Shown here one piece after another: positions 10,784-20,988 of a stretch of 64,000 bases of DNA (position 1 is its first letter; every line of letters starts with the position of its first letter). Under the pieces are notes generated by a model, which worked only from the letters and a program-made list of their open reading frames with translations, was not told the origin of the DNA and ran no database searches. A program made the position numbers and the translations under genes. This stretch comes from Candidatus Zixiibacteriota bacterium. GTDB lineage: Bacteria > Zixibacteria > MSB-5A5 > GN15 > JAAZOE01. The DNA is taken from positions 96,001 through 160,000 of the forward strand of contig JBDREQ010000063.1 in assembly GCA_043819555.1 (NCBI GenBank), given 5' to 3'.

Positions 10784-11110
10784 GGCACCATTAGAGAAAC
10801 CAAAATAACGAAACTAAAAGTGATTGCTGAAGATATGGTAATTACTTTTGACGTCTGCTTTGGCATATTGATTTAGCTCAGTATATCTATTTTTATTAAA
10901 TGACCCCATCCATTGTTTTCGTTCAATCGCAATTTGTTTAAGTACTTAATGTAAATATCGACTTCAAAGATAATTACTTAACTTTTCAATCCCGATTTTG
11001 AGCAATTAAGATATTGAATTATAATAAGATGACCCCCAAGACGATTATTGGTCTCAGGGAATCATTATTGATAGAATTAAATATTTAAATCAGACCAATT
11101 CCTGGCAATT

Positions 11111-11950
11111 CTACGCAACCTGCTTATCGCTTAAAACTTCACCACGAATACCGACCACTATTTCTTTAAGAGGGATATCGCGTCCGGAAGCCTTTAGTGC
11201 TTCACGAGTTATCATACTCAGGCCTCCGCAACAAGGAACTTCCATAATCATCACCGAAACCGCCGTGCATCCAGAGTGACGGAATATCTCTTCCATCTTC
11301 TCCCGATAAAATTGAAGATTGTCGAGCTTTGGGCAAGCAATCAGAAGAGATTTATCTTTGAGATATGAATTATGAAAATCAGCGAAGGCAAACGGACAGC
11401 AATCGGCCGCCAAAAGCAGTTCCCGGCCCTTCAAAAATGGGGCTGTTGGCGGAACAAGCATTAATTGGACCGGCCATTGCGTCAATTTGGATTGTTGAAT
11501 CGGGAATGATCCGGAATGTTGGTCCTGTTGATTGACCGCGGGCGCAAATGACCGCATTGCCGAACCGGGACAGCCGGACATGGCCGGTATTTTGACTTGC
11601 TGAACCGGCTGGGCAAATGATTGAACGGCCGATCCGGGACAAGCAGCCATCTGTGTTTGAGGGATTTCCTCTGATTGTTTTACCGATTCTCCGGATGTTT
11701 CCTGATTTCCCAAATGCACCTTTACTGCTTCTTCATCAAATTCATCCGCATCTCGTTTTATTATAGTGATGGCGTCCTGCGGGCATGTTCCAAGGCAGAC
11801 CCCGAATCCGTCACACAAATTATCCGACACCAGTTTGGCTTTGCCGTCTATTATCTGTAATGCCCCTTCGGCACAGCTCATAATACATTCACCGCAACCG
11901 TCGCAGAGTTCCTCGTCAATTTTTACTATCTCGCGTGTTTTGCTTGTCAT
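11111..11950 (-). CDS. 4Fe-4S ferredoxin-domain protein of the type often found in Hcp/HcpR regulons
   Basis: CDGCGEC..SC and CDGFGVC..TC; QWPVQL, AADC, ACPKLD, MEVPCCGGL. Confidence 0.8.
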   Translation of the reverse strand: MTSKTREIVKIDEELCDGCGECIMSCAEGALQIIDGKAKLVSDNLCDGFGVCLGTCPQDAITIIKRDADEFDEEAVKVHLGNQETSGESVKQSEEIPQTQMAACPGSAVQSFAQPVQQVKIPAMSGCPGSAMRSFAPAVNQQDQHSGSFPIQQSKLTQWPVQLMLVPPTAPFLKGRELLLAADCCPFAFADFHNSYLKDKSLLIACPKLDNLQFYREKMEEIFRHSGCTAVSVMIMEVPCCGGLSMITREALKASGRDIPLKEIVVGIRGEVLSDKQVA

Positions 11951-12012
11951 AAAAACTCCTATTATTTATTCTCTTTACGGGAGTATTATCGGGAAATTAT
12001 GGGAATTTGGGT

Positions 12013-12026
12013 TTGATTTAGGTCAA
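12013..12026. promoter_or_regulatory. FNR/Dnr-type binding site
   Basis: TTGAT-TTAG-GTCAA, 9/10 match to TTGAT-N4-ATCAA, about 63 bp upstream of the Fe-S gene and next to a Crp/Fnr gene. Confidence 0.65.
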
Positions 12027-12031
12027 GCGTT

Positions 12032-12727
12032 TCAAATTTTTTTGCCGGCCGCTATTTCTTCCAGTTGGGCCGGATCATTGACGGTGATTTCCTGCCCGTC
12101 AACCTCAATGACATTTATCTTCGTTAGTTTAGCAAACGCCCGCGACAAGGTTTCGGGAATTGTCCCCAGTATAGATGCCAAAGTCATTTTTTTTTCGCCT
12201 AAAATGATTTTTGGTTTTTCACCCGGCTTATAATCGGGCATAAATTCAAGCAAATAACTGGCCAGGCGGGTTGAGATATCTTCCAGCGATAATTGCTGAA
12301 CGAGGCGCGAAAGATGGTGCAAAAGAGACGACAATCGGCCAATCATGTTAATCGCTAATGCCGGATGTTCATTTATTAGCCTGAGAAATTTATCCCGGGA
12401 AAATGACATCAAGATTGAATCTTCAATCGCTTCAGCATTGGCGGGATAATTCGTCCGGGCAAACAGAGCCGCTTCCCCAAATGAATCACCGGGAAAAGCC
12501 ATCATAAGAATCTGTTCTTTACCGTCCGGAGAATTCTTGTGGATTTTGACTTTTCCGGAAAGAACCAGATAGAATTTCTCTCCGGGATCACCCTGGAAAA
12601 ATAAGAACGTCCCTTTGGCAGCTTTTATATTATCACCCGTTTCCTCAACCAATTTTAATTCATCGGTATCAATTCCGGAAAACAGGATAGAATCCTTGAG
12701 CGCTTTTTCCATGACGGAAATATACAA
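12032..12727 (-). CDS. Crp/Fnr family transcriptional regulator (HcpR/Dnr-like)
   Basis: cNMP-binding fold (GDSFGEAALF..YPA), HTH LGTIPETLSR; no Cys cluster; likely ATG at 12712. Confidence 0.9.
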   Translation of the reverse strand: MYISVMEKALKDSILFSGIDTDELKLVEETGDNIKAAKGTFLFFQGDPGEKFYLVLSGKVKIHKNSPDGKEQILMMAFPGDSFGEAALFARTNYPANAEAIEDSILMSFSRDKFLRLINEHPALAINMIGRLSSLLHHLSRLVQQLSLEDISTRLASYLLEFMPDYKPGEKPKIILGEKKMTLASILGTIPETLSRAFAKLTKINVIEVDGQEITVNDPAQLEEIAAGKKI

Positions 12728-12772
12728 AAATCACGAATTGATGGAAATTAAATTAGATGATTATAACGCGGC

Positions 12773-13132
12773 TTATTTCAAGACTTGTGCCAGTAGCTTT
12801 TCTATGTCGCACATTTTGAACGGCTTATTTAAAAAACCATCGGCCAGGCTGGTCAATAGATTGCCGCCTTCGTCGTCAATGGCATAACCCGAAATGACGA
12901 CAACCGGGAGTTCCGGCCTTTCTCGTTTGATCTTTTGCAGGAGATCAAGTCCTGACATTTTGGGCATTCTCATATCAGTGATGACAAGGCTGAAATCTTC
13001 CAACTCAACTTTTTCAATAGCTTCCACACCGTCGGCAGCACGGATAGAATCATATTCGAATATTTCAAGCATTTCGCTCAAAAGGGCAGACATATTGGGG
13101 TTGTCATCGACTATAAGTATTTTTTTGCTCAT
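12773..13132 (-). CDS. Single-domain response regulator
   Basis: ILIVDD, TDMRMP, ISG, KPF. Confidence 0.9.
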   Translation of the reverse strand: MSKKILIVDDNPNMSALLSEMLEIFEYDSIRAADGVEAIEKVELEDFSLVITDMRMPKMSGLDLLQKIKRERPELPVVVISGYAIDDEGGNLLTSLADGFLNKPFKMCDIEKLLAQVLK

Positions 13133-13203
13133 TATAATATTTATCCTTACCCGATAAATATCGGCAGATATCCTTAAATATTAAATATTTAGAGCAAAAA
13201 AAA

Positions 13204-14304
13204 TCAGCCAAATCGGGCCATGAGCTCGGTTTTTAATCTATTTAACCCCAATTTTTTCAAGGCTGAAATAGGAATAAATCCGTTTCCCAAAGGTGGAATC
13301 TGGCTTTCTTCAAGAAGATCAATCTTATTATAAATTTCTATAATGGGCACGTTGTTGACACCGATTTCTTTCAAAACTTTACGGACAACACCGATTTTCC
13401 TATCTTTGTAAGCGTCGGATGAATCGACCACGAGTAAAATTAAATCAGCCAGATTCACCTCGTCGAGGGTAGATTTGAAAGAAGCGACCAGTTGATGCGG
13501 GAGTTTTTCAATAAATCCAACGGTGTCGGTGACGACTATATTTTGAGGATATTCCACCGATATCACTCGTGTCGTTGAATCCAGAGTCGAGAATAATTTA
13601 TCCTCCTGCAAAACATCGGCGCGGGTCAGGCATGTAAACAATGTTGATTTCCCGGCATTAGTATATCCTACCAGGGCGATTTTGTAAAATTTATCCCGTC
13701 CTTGCCTCTGAATTACCCGCTGTTTGTCAATCTTTTTTAATTTTTGCTTGAGGGACAATATCTTTTTCCCGACCTGACGGCGGTCAGTTTCAAGCTGAGT
13801 TTCTCCGGGGCCTTTAGTACCGATTCCGCCGCGCTGGCGGGAAAAGTGAACCCACAATCCGGCCAAACGAGGAAGCAGGTACTCCATCTGAGCCAGTTCG
13901 ACCTGCAATCTCGATTCGGCAGTGCGGGCATGAAGAGCGAAAATATCGAGAATCAGCATCGGCCGGTCAATGACTTTTATATCGAGCTTTTTTGAAAGAT
14001 TGCGCATTTGATTGGGCGAGAGCGGTTCATCAAAAACAACCAGATCAGCTTCATTTTCATCAATGAATTCTTTGATCTCATCCACCATGCCTTTGCCGAT
14101 ATAATAAGTTCCATCCGGCTTGGGCCGTTTTTGAATATAGCGGGCGGCCTCGATTCCACCGGCGGTTGAAATAAGTCGTGACAGTTCATCGATGGAATAC
14201 TCTATGTCCTGCTTTGGCGTCCGCCCCACAGCGACCCCGACCAAAACAGCCTTCTCCGCTTGATTATCCCTATCCATTTCGTACATATAGAGAATATAAT
14301 ACAC
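13204..14304 (-). CDS. hflX: Ribosome-splitting GTPase HflX
   Basis: GPGETQLETDRR, GYTNAGKS, DTVGF, NKID. Confidence 0.96.
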   Translation of the reverse strand: MYYILYMYEMDRDNQAEKAVLVGVAVGRTPKQDIEYSIDELSRLISTAGGIEAARYIQKRPKPDGTYYIGKGMVDEIKEFIDENEADLVVFDEPLSPNQMRNLSKKLDIKVIDRPMLILDIFALHARTAESRLQVELAQMEYLLPRLAGLWVHFSRQRGGIGTKGPGETQLETDRRQVGKKILSLKQKLKKIDKQRVIQRQGRDKFYKIALVGYTNAGKSTLFTCLTRADVLQEDKLFSTLDSTTRVISVEYPQNIVVTDTVGFIEKLPHQLVASFKSTLDEVNLADLILLVVDSSDAYKDRKIGVVRKVLKEIGVNNVPIIEIYNKIDLLEESQIPPLGNGFIPISALKKLGLNRLKTELMARFG

Positions 14305-14348
14305 AATTGGGAATTATAAGATGCAAAAAATTGAGGTGAAATGTTAGT

Positions 14349-15077
14349 TCAGGCAGATAGTCTGGCAAAACTAACCGGCATCTGATCCCAGGTTTGATTA
14401 TCAAGAATCCGCCCGGCTTTCTTTTTGTTCACCCCGCCCCATTGCTTGAAGAAAAACGGAACTTGCGCCTCAAGACATTGATCGCGAATATCCAGAACCC
14501 ACTCCGGTTTCATCGAACGCGCGCCCGGCCCGGATTCACCACCGACGATTACCCAATTGATGTCCTGCAAATTCAAATTTTGCAATGGCCCAAGAAGCGG
14601 TTCTAAAGACAAAAATTTGGTTTTAGCTCCGATTTGACGCAGTTGCTCGATGCGATGCACGCATTTTTGGTTTTCGACCGTAACGCCCATCCAGATATTT
14701 TCCTGCCAGGGCAGTTTTATGTCAAGTTGCAGCATCCTGCCGGCGCGTTTGGTCAGAATCTGGAATTGATGCTGCGGGCATCTTTTCATCACATCAAATA
14801 CTTTGAGAATATATTCAAGCGGAATATCTTTGTGAAACAGATCGCTCATCGAATTAACAAATATCATCTGCGGTTTTTTCCACCCGAGAGGCAGATTCGA
14901 GGCACGCCGATGTAAAGAAACTTTGAACCCGTCTTTATAATTAGGGGAGCCCATAGCCCGAAGACGTTTGGCCATTCGCTCGGCATAACAGTACCGACAC
15001 CCAGCGCTGATTTTGGTACAGCCAGTCACAGGATTCCACGTCGATTCCGTCCACTCTATGCTTGATTTTATAGCCAT
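14349..15077 (-). CDS. DUF5131 (phage Gp37/Gp68) family radical-SAM-like protein
   Basis: IEWT..TWNPVTGC.K.S.GC..CYA, FVNSMSDLFH, SLEPLLG, WVIVGGESG, FFFKQWGG. Confidence 0.92.
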   Translation of the reverse strand: MAIKSSIEWTESTWNPVTGCTKISAGCRYCYAERMAKRLRAMGSPNYKDGFKVSLHRRASNLPLGWKKPQMIFVNSMSDLFHKDIPLEYILKVFDVMKRCPQHQFQILTKRAGRMLQLDIKLPWQENIWMGVTVENQKCVHRIEQLRQIGAKTKFLSLEPLLGPLQNLNLQDINWVIVGGESGPGARSMKPEWVLDIRDQCLEAQVPFFFKQWGGVNKKKAGRILDNQTWDQMPVSFARLSA

Positions 15078-15186
15078 ATTATACTCATGAGTGAAATTTC
15101 TGTAAAAAATCCGGAAAAGGAATCACATTTTTACAAAAATTATGTGAAATTGGAACTTTTTATGAAAAATGCCGATATAATAAACA

Positions 15187-15222
15187 GTTGACAAAATATA
15201 TAAAATATACTATTTTGTAAAC
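15187..15222 (+). promoter_or_regulatory. Sigma70-like promoter overlapped by an inverted repeat (putative XRE operator)
   Basis: TTGACA(15188)-N17-TATTTT; arms GTTGACAAAATA and TATTTTGTAAAC match 11/12. Confidence 0.6.
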
Positions 15223-15234
15223 CGGGAGATTAAT

Positions 15235-16284
15235 ATGATAGGCGAAAGAATAAAGAGCGCGAGAAAAGCCAACGGCTTAGCTTTACGTGACTTAGCAAAA
15301 ATAGTCAATGTGTCTCAAACTGCAATCGACAAATATGAAAAGGGCAAGATTTTCCCTAGTTCTGATAAGCTAATGGCCATAATTGATGCTTTAAATTACC
15401 CACTTGATTATTTTTTTAGAGAAAATAGTATTAAATTGGGAGAAATTTCGTACCGCAAGCGCAGCGGATTGGGAAAGAAGAAACAACATGAGATTGAATC
15501 GAGGGCAATTGATTTTCTTGAGCGTTATCTTTATGCCGAAGGATTGATTCCTTCAATTAATTCATTATTCAAAATACCTAATTGTTTTTCAAAAAAAATT
15601 GAAGGTTACGATGACATCGAGGATTTGTGTCTGGAATTACGAAAAGAGTGGCAGTTGGGATTTGACCCTATTGGAAATTTGATTGAGGTCTTAGAGGATT
15701 TGGGTGTAAAGATTGTCTTGTTAGATATCGATGAAAAAGGTTTTGATGGGTTTTGTGTTTGGGCGAATGAAAACATTCCAGTAATAGCTATTTCCAAAAA
15801 TTGGCCCGGAGATAGACAGCGATTTACCATTGCTCATGAGTTGGGTCATTTACTGATAAAAAAATATAATAATAATCTAGACTCCGAAAATATAGCCAAT
15901 CGATTTGCAGGGGCATTTCTGTTCCCCAGACCCTCTGTTTTGTCAGAAATCGGCTCTAGTCGTACCTCTATTTACATAGACGAATTAAAAGTGTTGAAAA
16001 TTAAATATGGCTTAAGCATGCAGTCGATTATCTTTAGGGCGAAAGACTTGAATCTAATATCAAAATCATTATTCGAAAGAGCATGGAAGGTTTTCAATAA
16101 AAAAGGCTGGAGAAAAGTTGAGCCGGAAAAATTGCCTTCTGAATCACCAAAGCGTTTTGAGCTTCTCATTTTCCGAGCTGTAATTGAGAATATTATTGGT
16201 GAAGCCAAGGCGGCTGAATTGCTGAATACTTCAATATCTTCTATTCGTTCTCATATTCAGCCCTTGCTCGGAGCCAGTAGTTGA
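15235..16284 (+). CDS. XRE HTH fused to ImmA/IrrE (DUF955) metallopeptidase
   Basis: N-terminal IGERIKSARK HTH; RQRFTIAHELGH; E..ANRFAGAFL. Confidence 0.92.
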   Translation: MIGERIKSARKANGLALRDLAKIVNVSQTAIDKYEKGKIFPSSDKLMAIIDALNYPLDYFFRENSIKLGEISYRKRSGLGKKKQHEIESRAIDFLERYLYAEGLIPSINSLFKIPNCFSKKIEGYDDIEDLCLELRKEWQLGFDPIGNLIEVLEDLGVKIVLLDIDEKGFDGFCVWANENIPVIAISKNWPGDRQRFTIAHELGHLLIKKYNNNLDSENIANRFAGAFLFPRPSVLSEIGSSRTSIYIDELKVLKIKYGLSMQSIIFRAKDLNLISKSLFERAWKVFNKKGWRKVEPEKLPSESPKRFELLIFRAVIENIIGEAKAAELLNTSISSIRSHIQPLLGASS

Positions 16285-16775
16285 GTCGACTTGTATTCGA
16301 TACATCAGTATTAATTGACATAATCAATGCAGATATTTTGGAACATTTGTGTCAGCTAGATTATGAATTACTTATTTCAAATGTCCAAGTTGGAGAACAG
16401 AAAAAAAGAAAAGAAATAACTTGTCGCGATCTAGAATCTTATGGATTTAAAATAATAAGTCACCCTCCTGACGAAGTCGAAAAAGTCTATTTAATCAAGC
16501 GATTACATAATAGACTAAGCGTCAAAGATTTATTTGCCTTTATTACTGCTGAACAAGAAAAGGCTCTTCTAATTACAGGAGACAAAGATCTTAGAAAAAT
16601 GGCTGAAAAATCTGGATTAGAATGCCATGGAATTCTATGGCTTTTAGATCAGATAGTTGACAAAAATATATTATCAAAAAAGTTTGCTTATCGAGCTTTA
16701 AGCCAAATAATAAAGTCAGGCGGTTATCTCCCGGAAAAAGAAGTACACAAACGATTGAAAGAATGGAGTTCTTGA
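16281..16775 (+). CDS. PIN-domain protein (DUF3368-like), putative toxin
   Basis: VFDTSVLID, LSVKD, LITGDKDLR, HGILWLL; 4-bp overlap with the upstream gene. Confidence 0.82.
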   Translation: MSRLVFDTSVLIDIINADILEHLCQLDYELLISNVQVGEQKKRKEITCRDLESYGFKIISHPPDEVEKVYLIKRLHNRLSVKDLFAFITAEQEKALLITGDKDLRKMAEKSGLECHGILWLLDQIVDKNILSKKFAYRALSQIIKSGGYLPEKEVHKRLKEWSS

Positions 16776-16782
16776 ACTCACC

Positions 16783-17922
16783 CTACCCAGCCACCGCTTG
16801 TTCTTTCCGTATCTCTTCCAATTTTTCCCGGCTGACGCCTAACGAAACGCCAGTCGATAGCGAATTGCGGATGAGATAATGATCAAGAGGCACTTTGCGG
16901 ATTTTCCCCGCCACCTCGGCCAGAGGAACGGTCGTCAAATCAACTCCCCTCAATGAGACAAGCTTACCGAATTGTTTTTCATGGACAAGCCTGACCGCTT
17001 CGCATCCGTAACGAGTGCCCAATAACCTGTCAAACGGCGAAGGTGATCCGCCCCGAACAAGATGGCCCAGTATTGTAACACGAGTTTCTAAACGCGTTAA
17101 TTCTTCAATTTGGACAGCAAGCTGACGGGATACGCCTCCGAGCCTGATCGTATCGGGTGATGTTTCCACTGTCCGTTTAACGACCATTTCGCCGCCTACC
17201 ATTTTAGCGCCTTCTCCGATAACGATTATCGAAAAATTCTTCCCCATGCGGTTGCGCTCTTTGACTTTGTCGCAGATACTTCCCAGATTGTAAGGGATTT
17301 CAGGAATCAAAATGATATCGCCGCCTCCGGCCAGTCCGGATGCCAACGCCAGCCATCCGGCGTAACGACCCATTACCTCGATAACCATGACCCGATGATG
17401 CGACTGCGCCGTCGTATGAATCTTATCAATCGCCTCCGTCGCTGTTACCACAGCCGAATCGAATCCGAATGTCTGGTCGGTGCCGTATAAATCATTGTCA
17501 ATTGTTTTGGGAACGCCTATAACATTTAGACCCAGGCTTGAAAGCCTCGCCGCCGCATTCATGGTGCCGTCGCCGCCGATAACGATCAGCGCGTCCAAAC
17601 CCAGTTTCTCATAGTTATTGGCCAGCTCCGAAGAACGGTCAAGATAAACGTAATCATCTTTTTGGGGAATTGGGAAATTAAACGGATCGGCCCGATTGGA
17701 AGTTCCCAAAATAGTTCCGCCCAGGGCCAGGATCCCTACTACCGAATTGCGATCCATGGTAATATATTTGTTAAGAATGACCCCCTCATAACCATCCTTA
17801 AATCCAATGACGGACATATTATAATTGTTTATCGCTGTTTTAACAATTGCTCGAATGACCGCATTAAGACCGGGACAATCGCCGCCCCCGGTCAGGATTC
17901 CAATCCGCGCTCCTTTAGTCAT
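16783..17922 (-). CDS. pfkA: 6-phosphofructokinase (PfkA family)
   Basis: TGGGDCPGLN, GGTILGT, GGDGT, PKTIDND, EVMGR; ATG at 17922. Confidence 0.93.
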   Translation of the reverse strand: MTKGARIGILTGGGDCPGLNAVIRAIVKTAINNYNMSVIGFKDGYEGVILNKYITMDRNSVVGILALGGTILGTSNRADPFNFPIPQKDDYVYLDRSSELANNYEKLGLDALIVIGGDGTMNAAARLSSLGLNVIGVPKTIDNDLYGTDQTFGFDSAVVTATEAIDKIHTTAQSHHRVMVIEVMGRYAGWLALASGLAGGGDIILIPEIPYNLGSICDKVKERNRMGKNFSIIVIGEGAKMVGGEMVVKRTVETSPDTIRLGGVSRQLAVQIEELTRLETRVTILGHLVRGGSPSPFDRLLGTRYGCEAVRLVHEKQFGKLVSLRGVDLTTVPLAEVAGKIRKVPLDHYLIRNSLSTGVSLGVSREKLEEIRKEQAVAG

Positions 17923-18194
17923 AATAAAAAACTCCCGCAATAAATACACTAACCCAACATTATGTTTTCGGCCGTTTATAGCAATTAAATTATTTGATTA
18001 TTCTTGTATATTCATCCGTCGCTTCGTAATATTTATACTTGTTTGCAAAATTCGGAGGACCTAAAGGTAAATAAGGAAATATTACCGGTCTGCCGATAAA
18101 TAGTAGGATGAAGGGATTCTGAAGGAAAAACTCAAGGGGCTTGGTTAACCGCGCTGGAATTCCGAAACGAATTATAATATTTGGTGAAAGTCTT

Positions 18195-20771
18195 ATGAAA
18201 ATAAAACCTATTCTGGTATTGCCGTCTTTACCCGACAAAATATCGCGACTTCTTGAACTATCGCAAAACGTATGGTATGCCTGGTCGCCTAATCTGGTTC
18301 GTTTATTCAGGCGCCTTGATCCCGATTGTTGGGCCGATTGTAATCAAAACCCGGTTCAGATGCTGGCTCATGTTTCCCAGGATAAACTGCGCGAAGCGGC
18401 CGAAGATGATTCATTTGTGGCGCATTTGGAGCGCGTTTACGGTGAATTTAACCGCTATATGGCTCAAAAGAAATGGTTCGAAACCCGGTATCCGGCCTGC
18501 AAGGATGCGCATATCGCTTACTTTTCCTGCGAGTATGGGCTGGATGTATCACTTCCAATTTATTCGGGAGGCCTTGGAGTTCTCTCGGGCGATCATTTGA
18601 AATCAGCGTCCGATCTGGGAATTCCAATAGTCGCCGTGGGGCTGTTGTATCGCTATGGTTATTTCAGGCAATCTCTAAATGCGGATGGCTGGCAGAACGA
18701 ATCATATGATGAAAATGACTGGTATAATATGCCGGTTACTCTGGAAAAGGATAAAGAGGGTAATCCGATCAAAATAGAGGTTGAAATTGGCGACTCGCCG
18801 GTATTCGCTCAAATCTGGCGGGTTCAGGTTGGCCGAGTGCCCCTGTATCTACTTGATGCCAATATTCCGGAAAATCCAACTTTTCACCGAGAGATTACTT
18901 TCCAGCTATATAGCGGGGATAAAGACATTCGTATCCGCCAGGAAATTCTCCTTGGAATCGGTGGAGTCAGAGCTCTTGAAGCCCTTGGCTATGTACCCGA
19001 TGCATTTCATCTCAATGAAGGCCACTCAATGTTTTTGTGCCTTGAGCGAGTTCGCCAATTAATGGATAAGGGAAAATTATCATACGAAGAAGCCTTTGAT
19101 GTAGTTTGGTCGACTAATATCTTCACAACCCATACTCCGGTTCCGGCAGGCAATGAACAATTTGACACAAAATTGATAGAAAAATATCTTAAAAAAATGT
19201 CTGCCAAACTCGGACTTCCAATCGAAAAACTTATCGATCTGGGACGGATGCATGCCGGAGATCAAAAGGAATCATTCTCAATGACCATCGGCGCCCTGCG
19301 CATGTCGGCCTTTGCCAACGGCGTATCCAAGCTGCATGGAAATATATCTCGGGGCATGTGGAAAGACGTCTGGAACGGTTTCCCTGTCAATGAAGTCCCA
19401 ATTACGTCAATTACTAATGGCGTTCATACATATAGCTGGATTGCTCATAATATGGGCGAGCTGTACCGCACTTATCTGGGACCCAGGTATGTCGAACAGC
19501 CTGAAGATTCCACCTGCTGGGATAATGTCAATCGCATACCCGATGGAGAATTATGGCGAGCTCACCATCACAATAAAGAAAAACTTGTTTTCCTGACGCG
19601 AAAGCAACTTAGAATTCAACTTGAGCAAAAGGGCAAATCGCAGCATGAACTGAGACGTACCGAACAGATTCTCAATCCTCATGCTCTGACCGTCGGATTT
19701 GCCAGGCGATTCGCGGCGTATAAACGCGGCTATATGATGTTTTCCGATCTTGAACGCCTTCGTAAACTAATCGCCAACACTGATCGTCCCGTTCAATTTA
19801 TCTTTGCTGGCAAAGCTCATCCCAAAGATAATCAAGGAAAAGAAATTATTAAATCGGTTGTTCATATCGCTCAGCAGGATGAATTCCGTGATCATATTGT
19901 TTTTCTGGAAAATTATGATTTGGATCTGGCCTCGAAATTGGTCAGTGGAGTCGATGTCTGGCTCAACACTCCCCGCCGCCCCCAGGAAGCGTCCGGCACA
20001 TCCGGTATGAAGGCCGCTCTCAATGGCGCTATTAATTTGTCTATTCTCGACGGCTGGTGGGAAGAAGGATATACCCCAAAGACTGGATGGGCGATTGGCA
20101 TGCCGTTCGATTATGCCAATCCCGACGAGCAGGATAATATAGAATCTCAAGCCCTCTATGATATTATTGAACGAGACGTAATCCCTTTATTCTACGATCG
20201 GCGAGATAATCGCGATACCGCTGATTTTTCACGCGACTGGATCGATATGATGAAACACTCAATCATAATGGGCGGGAAGGATTTTTCATCGCACCGGATG
20301 GTAAAAGAATATACGGAAAAATTCTATATCCCTGCCGTTCAAGCCCATCAGGATCTGGTTTCTGACAATTATAAACAATCCCATTCAATTACCGAGTGGC
20401 GGCAGAGAGTTTCCAATGACTGGAGTAAGGTCAGTGTCGATAACATTGAATTACCCGATACCAATAGCTCGTCTCGAGTGGGGCAGACTATGCTTGTTAA
20501 TATTCGGGTTTTTTTGGGTGCTTTGTCTCCGGAAGATGTAAAAATTGAAGTCGTGCGCGGAAATCTTAATGCTCAGGATCAATTGCTCAATACGGAGAAA
20601 TTCACGGCGACGCTGGATCACAGCGAAAAAGACGGGCATCATGTTTATCATGTCGATATGGTTCATACTAAATCCGGAAGAATGGGTATCACGGCCAAAA
20701 TTATTCCTAATAATAATCAACATCTGATTAAACACCACCCTCGGCTGGTAGCCTGGTATGGAGGGAATTAG
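18195..20771 (+). CDS. glgP: Alpha-glucan (glycogen) phosphorylase
   Basis: YSGGLGVL.GD, HLNEGH, ARRFA.YKR, PLP motif EASGTSGMKA; ATG at 18195. Confidence 0.96.
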   Translation: MKIKPILVLPSLPDKISRLLELSQNVWYAWSPNLVRLFRRLDPDCWADCNQNPVQMLAHVSQDKLREAAEDDSFVAHLERVYGEFNRYMAQKKWFETRYPACKDAHIAYFSCEYGLDVSLPIYSGGLGVLSGDHLKSASDLGIPIVAVGLLYRYGYFRQSLNADGWQNESYDENDWYNMPVTLEKDKEGNPIKIEVEIGDSPVFAQIWRVQVGRVPLYLLDANIPENPTFHREITFQLYSGDKDIRIRQEILLGIGGVRALEALGYVPDAFHLNEGHSMFLCLERVRQLMDKGKLSYEEAFDVVWSTNIFTTHTPVPAGNEQFDTKLIEKYLKKMSAKLGLPIEKLIDLGRMHAGDQKESFSMTIGALRMSAFANGVSKLHGNISRGMWKDVWNGFPVNEVPITSITNGVHTYSWIAHNMGELYRTYLGPRYVEQPEDSTCWDNVNRIPDGELWRAHHHNKEKLVFLTRKQLRIQLEQKGKSQHELRRTEQILNPHALTVGFARRFAAYKRGYMMFSDLERLRKLIANTDRPVQFIFAGKAHPKDNQGKEIIKSVVHIAQQDEFRDHIVFLENYDLDLASKLVSGVDVWLNTPRRPQEASGTSGMKAALNGAINLSILDGWWEEGYTPKTGWAIGMPFDYANPDEQDNIESQALYDIIERDVIPLFYDRRDNRDTADFSRDWIDMMKHSIIMGGKDFSSHRMVKEYTEKFYIPAVQAHQDLVSDNYKQSHSITEWRQRVSNDWSKVSVDNIELPDTNSSSRVGQTMLVNIRVFLGALSPEDVKIEVVRGNLNAQDQLLNTEKFTATLDHSEKDGHHVYHVDMVHTKSGRMGITAKIIPNNNQHLIKHHPRLVAWYGGN

Positions 20772-20988
20772 GAATTCTCGTCTCTTTTTCGCAAAGACCG
20801 CAACCATTTGACCCAAATTGCCGTCAATATAATACATGGTAATTGGATAGATTTGTCAGGCTTCGACTATCGTACGGAATTGAGATCGTTTTTTTGAGTT
20901 CAATAATAAACCATTTGGAATGACTGATTTTATGATTATATTGTATTTGTCAAACTGCAGGTTTTAATACTTACCGTAGGAATAGCCG

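Noticed and set aside
14349..15077. DUF5131 'phage Gp37/Gp68' gene as evidence of a prophage
   Set aside because: No other phage genes are nearby, and the family is common in bacterial chromosomes
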